From assembly GCA_028534125.1 (NCBI GenBank), contig CM052832.1:19780001-19844000 (forward strand): a DNA stretch of 64,000 nucleotides. The letters are read 5' to 3'. The position numbers were made by a program, and so were the translations under genes. The DNA comes from Lama glama. Lineage: Eukaryota. The number at the start of each line of letters is the position of its first letter. The first letter of the stretch is position 1. Positions 53,765-64,000 of this stretch are shown piece after piece. The notes beneath the pieces were generated by a model, which saw only the letters and a program-made list of their open reading frames with translations, made no database searches and was not told the DNA's origin.

Positions 53765-55335
53765 CAGTTTGACTGTCATGTGTCTAAGTGAGATTTTCTT
53801 TGTGTTAATTCTGCTCAGTGTTTGCTGAGCTTTTTGAATTGGTAAAATAATGGCTTTCATTTAAGTTGGTAAATATTCAGTCATTATTTCTTCTAACTTT
53901 TTTTTTTTTGCTTAATTATTTCTCTCTTCTCTTCTTTTGAATCATCTCACAAGTCCCTTAGTTGCTTTTAGGTCTTTTTTTTTTTATGTTCTTCATTTTT
54001 ATTGAGCTGATTTCAAATTTCTGAAATCTTTCCTATGTAATCTCCATTTTGCTGTTAATCCCATCTGGTGAACTTTTTATTTTAAATATTACAGTCCTCA
54101 GTTATAGAATTTCCATTAGATTCTTTTTTATAGTTTCTATATCTCTACTGAGGTTCTCTATCAATTTTCTTTTATAGACTTGAGCATGCTAATAATAACT
54201 GCTTATGTGCTAATTTTAATGTCTATGAATAAAGCTGGTTTCTATTCATTGTCTTTTCTGTGCAGAATGACTTATGTTTTCCTATTTCTTCTTATGTTGA
54301 GCTATTTTGGGTTGTATCCTGTACATTATGAATGACATATCATTGAAACTTTGGGCCTATTATATGTTCCTCTGAAGAGTTCTGTGTTTGTTTTTGCAGA
54401 CTATTAACTTGGCTTAACTCAAACTGAAAATTCTATTTTGTTTTCCTTGCAGTTGTTTTTTCAGTTTTGCCAGGGCTGCTTTTTGCTTGCACAATGCATA
54501 TAATTTGAATCATGCAACAGTCAGCCAGAAACTTAGGGAGAGATTATATGTAGAAACTGAGGCTCCTCTTCTCTGACTTTTTCCTTTCTGGAATTTATGT
54601 CCTCACTTTCAAGGGATGTGGTTGCCTCAGACTCTGTTCTGAATCATCAATCCACAATGCTGATATTTTTCTACTGGAATTAGAGCTATCTGACATCAAG
54701 TACTGGGGACTACTCTCAGAATAAAAGATGTAAAATAAGAAATTCAGACAGTATCATTCCTGCGTTAGTTACCTAGTATTGCCATATAAATTACCTTAAA
54801 CATGGTATCTTAAAAAAGAGACTTATTTTCTCATAGTTCTGGAGGCCAGAAGTACGAAATCTAGATGTCAGTGGGGCCTTGCTCTCTCTGAAGGTTCTAG
54901 GGGAAGATTCTTTGTTTTTTCCCCTAGCTTCTGGTGGTTGCCAGCAATTCTTGATGTTTCTTGGCTTGTAAATGTATCCCTCCAATCTCTACCTCCATCA
55001 TCACATGCCATTCTCCCTGTAAACTTCATATCCAAATTTTCCTCTTTCAAGGAAACAGTCACTGCGGTATGACCTCATCTTAACTTGGTTACATCTCCAA
55101 AGACCCTATTACTAAAGCAGGTCACATTCGTAGGTGTGAAGATAGGGGCCTGAACATAGCTTTCGGTGGGGTGGATACTATTCTACTGACTATAATTCCC
55201 TTTCTTTCAAATGTTCCTCCTCCACTCTTTGTCTCTTTTTGTTCACTCACTGCTACCTTCAAGTAGTTGGTTTCTATTTTTCCAGAATTTATAATTGCTA
55301 TCTCTAGCAGGGTTGGTCTTATAGAAGCTATTGAG
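53765..55335 (-). mobile_element. Antisense old L1 5'/ORF1-region fragment
   Basis: cagcagtttgactgtcatgtgtctaagtgagattttctttgtg...ctgttaatcccatctggtgaac...ttatagaatttccattagattc, typical antisense L1M ORF1. Confidence 0.8.
54761..55194 (-). mobile_element. MaLR LTR (MLT1-like) nested in the antisense L1
   Basis: ttattttctcatagttctggaggccagaag...gacctcatcttaacttggttacatct; perfect 5-bp TSD ATTCC at 54756-54760 and 55195-55199. Confidence 0.92.
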
Positions 55336-55374
55336 CAATACTTATAGTGGAATTCTCCTTTCTTACTGCTATGC

Positions 55375-55429
<55 letters not shown>

Positions 55430-55595
55430 ATATCTATCTATCTGTCTATCTAGTGTCTCTATCTATCTAGTATCTACCTATTGATCGATCGAGCAATCAA
55501 TCTTTCTATTGATCTATCTATCCATCCATCTATCAGTCTACCTACTATCTAGAAAGCTAGCTACCTACCTACCTACCAACCTCTATATCTGTCTA
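55375..55595. repeat. Compound (TCTG)n(TCTA)n(CCTA)n tetranucleotide microsatellite
   Basis: ctgtctgtctgtctgtctatctatctatct...ctacctacctacc. Confidence 0.95.
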
Positions 55596-58500
55596 CTTTC
55601 TGTCTCAGTTGCTTTGTGTCTGTCCGTCCTTCGCCACCACACAAATACAAAATCAAGGCCCTTATGATTTCGGATAGAAGATTTATGATTCTGTTGGATT
55701 TAAGCCCGGATAAATCTTAGCTGCTTATTATATACTTCCTCAATCAGAAGTTTGCTCCATCCTTTAAAAAAAAAATAAAGCAAGCAGACAAAAAATGAGA
55801 TGGAAAAGTAGGGAACTTTCCTTTTTGTCTTATATTTTTGTAGCATTTTTACCTCAAATTTTATGGAATATAACTAAAAACACATGTTTCTTAATGACTA
55901 CATGCCACTCCACTGAGGTAAAAAAACAAAACAAAACAAAACAAAAAACCTTTGAAAATTTTGTTTGATTTGGAAGACAGAAAGAAAATTAGGCAAAAAC
56001 CTTCTCTGTCTATAAATACTCATGCTTTTAAAGAATTATTTGAACATTTGAACCTCAGTTTCTACATCCATTAAGGTTATTTGTGGGGATGAAATATATT
56101 ATTTAAGTTATAATGGGTGGCACATCCAAGTCAAAATAGACCTTGTTCACCAGAATTCAGCCTTATGTTGTCATTTATATTTTTTCCATGCTTTCATTTC
56201 TCCTTAATACATTTTAATGGGACTTTAAAAATATAACTTTATATATACAACAAAATGACTAGTTGAGATGATTGGAATCCATCCATTGGTTTTGATTTGG
56301 TTTTTTCTGAAGGCTGCCTTCAGAACCTCTCAGATCCTTGTACTACAGATAGTGAGCCGGTGTCATGCATACAATTCTAGACAACTCTCTTCAAAAACGT
56401 GAGATTTTAAATTTTTCCTTTCAAAAATCTAGGATTACGTGTAGCTACCTTCTTTGTAAATTCAGCCTTAGTAGAAGTACAGCAAGTCTTGTTAATTTGA
56501 GTATCCAAGCTTTATAAGTGTAGATTCACTCTATTTTTTTATCCCTAGGCACTTAACTTTGCTGTGCCTACAAAGTGAATAATAACATATGCCTTATTCA
56601 TGCTTCTGAGAAATGCAAGGAAAGTTAATTAGAAAATGTCAGGAAAGCTCTCCTAGATCCTTAGAGGGAAGAACATCATGTGACTATGATATAGCATTAA
56701 TATAAAAATGAAATCATTCCCAATCCCATAGCTCTTAAAGGGTCTTTGCACACTGCTAGAGCATTTAAGATATAAAATTATAGACTCCCTGAACTGGAAA
56801 GAATCTCGAGAAGTCAGATGGTCCACTCAGAATAATATATATACACTGACTAAATGGATTTTATTTAAAGAGAGGATATGTTTATGCACAGTTTAGTTTA
56901 CAAGTACGCATTATTTCGGGCAGTCTATACCTGTAGACTGTATATAATTTGAATTCTTCTTCATAACTTTTGAAGAAACTAGAGTTGTTCAGTAGTCAAG
57001 GAATTCATTGAACACTTCTGCAAAGCAGATAATGACCTCCCTCCCTCCTTTTACAAGATGCTTGGTGTGTCCCTGTATTATGTGTGACCAGTTCACTTGG
57101 AGCTAATCTCCTTTCTACTTCTTATTTCTTTTTTCTTTAGCCATTTTCATAATGCCTCTGGGCTCCATTTGCCCTTCCTTGGACCTGTTGAGTTTGAGAA
57201 TTCCATAATTTAAACTAACAGAGATGTTAGACAGACAGTCATGAAGTGCTTCAAAATTTATTAATTCAACGAAAAGTATAGACCTCCTTACAGTCCTATA
57301 CCAATAACTTACACTTTGGGCTATCGGAATCTTGTTACAACAAACGCCATTATCACACATATTTACCTAAGAAACTATACTCAAGACTTAGTAACAGCAA
57401 TTGCTTTTGAGCAATTTGATACAAAAAACTACAATTTTACAATATATTACAAAATACAGAAGTTTCTTGGAGTTTACACTAGCCAGATATGACCTTAAAT
57501 GTGACATTTGATCACAGCTCTACTTTCTCTACCTAGTTAAGGACATTTATTCAGAGGATCCAGACATTTATTTGATTATTTCCATGCATCCCAATCCTTT
57601 AGACAAAGCACATATTAGAGAAAAAACAAAATGCAGTGATTAGAAACAGCAGATCAACAGAATATTATGTGATTTTTTTTTTTTTGCGGTGATCTGGAAT
57701 TGAATTTTTACCCAAAAGGACATCAAAATGAAAGTCAAGCTTTATCCCGTAGCACTGATTTAAACAAACATGTGCTGGGACTTATTTTTAGACATCAAGG
57801 TACACAGCCAGAGGTTTTATTCAGGATTGCTATTAAATAAACTCCCCTCAGGGCCTTGTAAAAGATGGTATTTGAATTATAAGTAGACATATCCCATTTT
57901 CCACATTGTGCAAGCCGCTGAAGATTTCTCATTGCTTAGATTGTGGCAAGGGAACTGCCCCCTTTTGTATTTCTATTGAGCCCTGTCTCTACAGTAATTA
58001 TGAGTTTAGGGGATCATTAAAAGTCTGAACTTTTTCTTTTTGGTACCCAAGACTGCTTTTGCAGCTCTGTGGCTGATCAACACCATGTTCTATAAGGCTT
58101 TTGATGCATACATGGCTCATTAAGTAAAGGTCAAAATTGGACATTGTCCTGTTAATTTCCTTTTGCTAGAGAAATCAATATCTGCATCAACATTCATTAA
58201 ATTTGACAGAAGCTAGGAAAGTTAGATGTGAAATGTAAATCAATACTTATTCCTGATAGGATTAACTTGCTGTACTGAGAGTATAAAACATCAATTCTTT
58301 ATACATATTGTTCAACCCAATTCTCCACTCTGGCTTTAGGGCGCCTGCGTTTTGCCTCTTTGGCCTTCAACTCTAATCCGAATTTAGATTTTTGTTGGCT
58401 GGAGCTGAATATTCTATCCCTGAACAAATTTTATATCTTGTTAATATATATTCAATGTGATCTTTCCTGTTGTATTGTTAAGTGTGCCACTTATTAAGAC

Positions 58501-59369
58501 TAAATCATGCTCCTTCACTACCACCCCCAAATTTAGATACTTTAAGGTTTCAGAATCTATTTTACTTCCATATGAAAATTACAGATGAAAAAGTTTCATT
58601 TTTCCCCCTTGCAGTTAACAGCAGAACTCTTGATTTCCTACAAATCCCAGAAGGGTCAGTTTGGAGAAGCTCAATTTATTTATACTTCTGTCTAAGAGTT
58701 GTTGGGTTTATCATCCTAATTGTGATCTCTGAGATCGTGAACTCTACAACTAAGCCTTTCCATGAACCCAGCCTTGTTCTAGTTGACACCAATGTTCATA
58801 ATGATAACTAAGTGCTATTGCAAGATTCTGAGACATCTTTTGAAGTGAGGAATATGAAATGATGTGTATTGTAGTTGCAGCATTCTGTGAATTTTGTTAC
58901 ATTTTGGTTTTTTTAATAGAAAATTTACATATGGAAGCCATTGCCCCTCTGACTCTAGTCTTAAATAAGGATCTATGGGTATGACCCATTTGTCTGGAAG
59001 TCTGAACAAGACATTACTTGTTCAAGATTCTTTCCCTCCAAACAAATTTGGGTTTGCCAAAATTCTTGATGGGGAACAGATGCCAGCCAGCACTGCATCC
59101 TGCCATGTCCTTTTTCATCCACTGGTTCTCTGGCTTCCCAGAATTTTCTCTGTAGTGTCAGAAGTGGGCCTTGTTTGCAATGGGACAAAATCCAAATGAG
59201 CCAGAGAGAACTGGACTCCAGGGGCTGAGTGGGCTCACTGGGTTGAAGGAGGTTATCTAGAAAGGTTATAATAGAAATCAAGGGGGAACAGTCAGACACG
59301 GGAAGTAGATGCCTTGATGTTTTTCATGGAGAAGTTAGGACAATCATTTTGAAGAATAAATAAGTTTGC

Positions 59370-59900
59370 ATCACATTCCTGCTTTAAACATTCAATAATT
59401 TCTTGGGCAATTAAAATAAAGTGCCTAATTCTTAACTTGGCTGCTAAAGTTCTAGGTAATTTGATGCCACACCTCCTTCTCTACAATTTTCTTCGACCCT
59501 TTCATGCATCACTTGCTATGTATTTAGTCTCCTTTAGTCCCTGAAGCATGCCAAGGACCAGATTTTGCATTTGTTGTTTCTCCTGCCTGAAACACTCTTC
59601 CCTTAGACCATTGCATGGTAGACTCATTACTCAGGTCTTAAGTCTCAATTCCTCACAGACATCTTTCCTGACCATCACCTTCAAGAATGTAATCTCCCCA
59701 CAATGAGAATTTGCCTTATATTAATTGCTATTATTTTCTTCACAGCCCTTGTCACCATCTGAAATGATTTATTATGTTTATTCCTATTTTTATGCCTTTT
59801 CATTGGATTATAAACTCCAAGTGTTAGGGATTTCATATCTAGAACAGAACCTGGCATAACAAGCAGTTAAATACCTTATTGATTAATAAACAAATTAACA
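59370..59900 (+). mobile_element. L2 LINE 3' fragment
   Basis: tttgcatttgttgtttctcctgcctgaaacactcttccc...gattataaactcc...agaacagaacctggcata...ttaaataccttattgattaataaa, typical L2 3' end. Confidence 0.8.
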
Positions 59901-61524
59901 GGTGAAGTCAGAACCTCTGCACAGGGGAGCCGTGGAAATGGGATGCTACGTGGGGTCGTCAGGCAGAACTCCAGACACAGGAGACTCAAACAGGGAGCTA
60001 GTGACTGAACTTGGAGTAAACCTGAGTTCCATATTTAGGTTTTAATTCCTGTCTACTTCCCTGTGGCAGACTTCTTGTCTTGGAAGGAAAATCTTTGGGA
60101 ACAGAGGCTACACTTTCTACAAATTCCAGCTTCATACCTTTAATTGTTTTTTCTTGCAACAGACCTACCTGATTCCACATTCTGTTGGGGTGCCCAGTCA
60201 CCGACAACTCACTCATAGGCCTCTGAGACCCCCAGATGCCATTCCATCTTTGTGGACGTCTGCCTACTGCTGGCTGGCTTCTAAATGTTGACAAATCTCC
60301 ACTGGCAATATCTGCCTCCTTCTATATACCTTTCCTATAACTTTCCCACAAGATGCCCTAAAAGATATTATCTAGTTTCCAGAGTTACAGGTCAGCCTGC
60401 CTTTGTCCACGTAATAATGACACATGGCTTCCCAAATTCCCACTGATAGAATTGGTCTAAGAAGCCTTTTTTTTGAGTCTCGGCATTAATACCTCCACAA
60501 ATATCAATTTTTAAAATGAGCAATGAGTACTTATCAACAAGACTACTTGGCATACCTGAAAAGTCAACAGATCTCTTACATTTGGATTGAAATTTCTGGA
60601 GTGACCTCAGTATAGAACTTCCAATTATGTTATAAAACCAGAAGCAAATGTGCTGTAAAATTAAAACATTTGAGCTTTAGGGCCTTCTCTGACATCAGAC
60701 CCTTCTTGTAGCCTTAAGAGGGCCCTAGAAATTTAATACAGTTACAAATTCCTATAAAATTTGAAAAAGTATGATATTCCATTCTGAATCCCCTTCCATC
60801 ACATTTCCCATCATGTTGGCTGATGTAGGGGTGGCTATAAATGTTTTAGGAGGATCTAGCTAAGGAGAAATTAATTTAGGAATACATTTATAGTGGATTT
60901 CTTGGGATATATTTATGTGGTTTGCAATCAGTTTCCTGTACACTGAGGTATTGCTAGCCATCCTAATACAGCCTCGGGCTTTCTTCCAAATGAGATCTTC
61001 TCCTTGGTTATTTAATGTTAAGAACAATATTTTCACTCTAAGGAAACAAGGGTGATGCCAAACTTGGTCTTGCTTTGGTAAGATGGCTGCTGCTGCTGCC
61101 CTGTATGGCTTTGTTGGTGATGCAATCCACACTGCAGTAGAACAAAGATCTCATATCTGACTATCCTTGTCTGTCTTTTCAATTGGCTTTTCATGGACGT
61201 TCAGATAGATATGTGAGATACAGGGGCTTTTAATACATTTTCTGTAAAGATTAATTATTTTCTATAGACTACTGTCTAATATGTGAATTAAGAAACCACA
61301 GGGCATTGATTTCTTCATAGTCTTTGTATAAAACCATCTCTGTTTATTAGAGAAAGTTGTCTCCTTCCAAAATAAAATTTGAACTCTGAAGTAAAAGAGC
61401 ACAAGGAATCTTTTTTTTTTTTTTGGCTTGAACAAAGTAGCACACTGGGCAGACTTGATTTGTGGGTTCATCATTGATGTTGGGCAAAAGAGATGAGAAA
61501 GAAGTAAGTGATGTGCTGCTGGGT

Positions 61525-61800
61525 GTATCTTTGATTGGGGCTTGATTAGGGCGGTGGGAGTGCAGAGATTTTATAGCCTAATGGTGCTACGTGGCAGCAG
61601 GCTAGGGAGTTGGTGCAGCTTTGAGCTGAGCCATCTCTCCGCCAGAAAGCTCGCCCTCACAGCTGGTACCAATCGGGGGGCACAGCCCCGGCCCAGCAGC
61701 CGGGTGAAGTGACAGACTGACTGCACTTTCACTCAGGCCGATTTGCCCCAAGCCAGAGAAGTAAGCCTGGTGTCCTGCCGCTGACCCATGTGATGCTCAC
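61525..61800. promoter_or_regulatory. Candidate promoter or enhancer
   Basis: Locally GC- and CpG-rich with no recognisable repeat; ATTGG 61534, GGGCGG 61549, TATAAAA on the minus strand 61569-61575, TACGTG 61588, CCAAT 61669. Confidence 0.4.
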
Positions 61801-64000
61801 CCTTTGGCTAATCAGAATATCTCTGTCTCTTGAGCTGTCAGGCTCACATCTTCCAAGATCATTATTTCATTTAAAAACATTCCACAGGAAAATATTGTGA
61901 GTCCTTTCTACTGCACTGCCTGGCTTAAGTGGCTTTGAGCCTTCAGCGAAATGCTGAAACTCTCAACTCTGGTAAGAAAGAGGATCACTCAGGACTAAGT
62001 ATTTTACAAGAACAAAAGTCTTTGTTCTTGACGCTAAGAAATCTTTGACTCGTAGTTGTTCAACCCTCCAGGAAATAAGATCTTATACTTGAAAGTGGTG
62101 TAATGGCCTTACATCTTGGAGGAGAAGTTGGGAGTAGTCAGGAATTTTAAAAAAAAGAAGAGATTGGAAGGAAAGGACTTTCATAAAAAGGGAAAGGAAG
62201 CAGAAAGCATGCAAGGGTGAAGAGTATTCTAGTGATGACAGGAGCTGACAAGGAATACAGAGTGTTTTTCTAACTCAAGTAAGGATGAAACCAAGGTGGA
62301 AAAATTATTCTTTGACGACTCCAGTACATGTTTAACAGGAACATTTATATCTGGACCATTGTTAGAAGATACATCTTTTTAAACAAAATGAGAGAACATA
62401 CTCTAAAGTAATAAGTAGTTCTGCAGTTGAAGTATAAACTGAATGAAACAGAGATTCTAGGCTCATTATCATAAGAGTTTTATTTCATTTCCAATGGAAA
62501 GCAAAGCATAGTTTTTCCCTGTTCTACCCTCTCACATATTCTGTGGGATGAAAAAAACAATCGGAAGATTAATGAGTTCTTAATGACCTAGTTACCTCTT
62601 AATTACTGAGGCAACATGTGTTAATAATCAACAGCCTCTCTCGATAAAAGTTTCAAACATCTGCAAATATGCATTTCATTCACCCTACCAAATATGGTTC
62701 CAGCATTTTTTAAAAATGGCAACAGTAAAATATGGCACAACAAACCCATTTGCTTCTATCAGGAAGCTTCAAGAAAAATGTCTTGCTACCTTTGTGGGAA
62801 ATTTAGAGAATCCAAGGCAAAAGCAGTGGATTCTTCCCATAAGCTGCATGATATAGTGGTGTGCTCTGCAGGACAAAGACGAAAATAATACGTACTTTTT
62901 AAATGGCGCACTTTTAATCCCACATGGTATTTCGGTAACTAACAGTGACCCCTAGAACGATTGTTTTTGACATTGCAAAAGATAGCATACACCTTTTTGT
63001 GTTTCTAACTTCTTATTCTTTGCTTTAGGGCATTTGAAATTGGATATGGGGGGAAATTGTGATGTTCTTTCCATTATTGTAAAAATGAATTCTTGGAAAG
63101 CTTGAGGGGCTCTGCTAGCAATTGTTAATGAGGCTCTATTAACCTAGGACACCACCCTATGGAATAATGGTGTGGTAAAATAGATGTCCTCCTAGGACTC
63201 ACTTGTTTCATTAACAGCGCAGCAGGGAGGTATGCAAGGCTCTGGGGGATGGAAACGGCCCGATGACTGGGGTATGCGGGTTTTCCTTCTAGGTCAGCGA
63301 CTCACCTCTGGCTCAAGTCAGACATGGCCCCAAATGTACATCTCAGTCATTAAATCGATCCTCATAGATTGTTTTCTGCTGGAACTGACAGCCTTTCTTT
63401 ATAATCTAATTAGTTAACTTTAATTCTGTACCTATGTATGTTCATGGACTTTTACTTTGGAAAAAGGAATTTCTACCTTTAGGAATTCAAGATTTGGACA
63501 AAAGGGACAAAATAAGTATCCATTATGATACATTTTGCCAGTTTTTGTGGCTTTCAATTTGAGACCCAGTTTTGTGTGTTTCCTATCTTTGGAAATTTAA
63601 TAAGATCAGAGAAAGCCCGGGAAAAGAGAAATGAGTACTAAAAGGTGTTTAAGCACTAGTGTTGATGAAGACTAGATTCACCCTGGAAGCAAGTAGAGAA
63701 ATGCAAAGACATGAGACAAAGGTGGGCAAGAGTGAGCAAAGAGGCACAGCCTGGGGGGAGCTAGTGCAATGTGCACATGCATGTTCTCTCAGCGGTCTGT
63801 GAGTCCTCACAGAAAAGGCTGGAGGTTTTCTGGGAAAAAAGCAGCCCCCTCCCTTAAACCAGCTAAATTAAAAACTACAAAAATGGCAAACAGACAGCTG
63901 CCATTCTGGTCCTGGTACTGGTTCCTCCCAGACTGACTTTTCAATGTTGCTCCATATTGTTGGTGTTTGGGTCTGTCTTGCCTGTTGATGACTTGGGTTT

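Noticed and set aside
1..64000. A novel multi-gene system, CRISPR array or prokaryotic-style locus
   Set aside because: Mammalian repeat-rich non-coding DNA with no long ORFs, operon structure or repeat-spacer array.

Overview
AT-rich, CpG-depleted mammalian non-coding DNA (intergenic or intronic). It is most likely from a camelid, based on two Vic-1-like tRNA-derived SINEs. I recognise no host protein-coding gene, rRNA, true tRNA gene or CRISPR array. Every ORF I can assign comes from a decayed retroelement. The window holds nested transposon fossils: old L1M-type LINEs (about 11.5-14.6 kb and 48.2-55.3 kb), young 5'-truncated L1 3' ends with target-site duplications (TSDs), a decayed ERVL provirus (RT, RNase H, integrase, dUTPase and an LTR33-like 3' LTR, 36.3-39.95 kb), ERV1-type solo LTRs, MaLR (MLT1) LTRs, MIR, L2, MER DNA transposons and microsatellites. 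There is also a 500-N assembly gap. The best non-repeat leads are a tiny TSD-flanked polyadenylated retro-insertion (19.16-19.30 kb), two promoter-like islands (about 22-23 kb and 61.5-61.8 kb) sharing an identical 10-mer, and a candidate minus-strand exon. I found no convincing novel biological system. Repeat family names come from recalled consensus similarity, not a database search.
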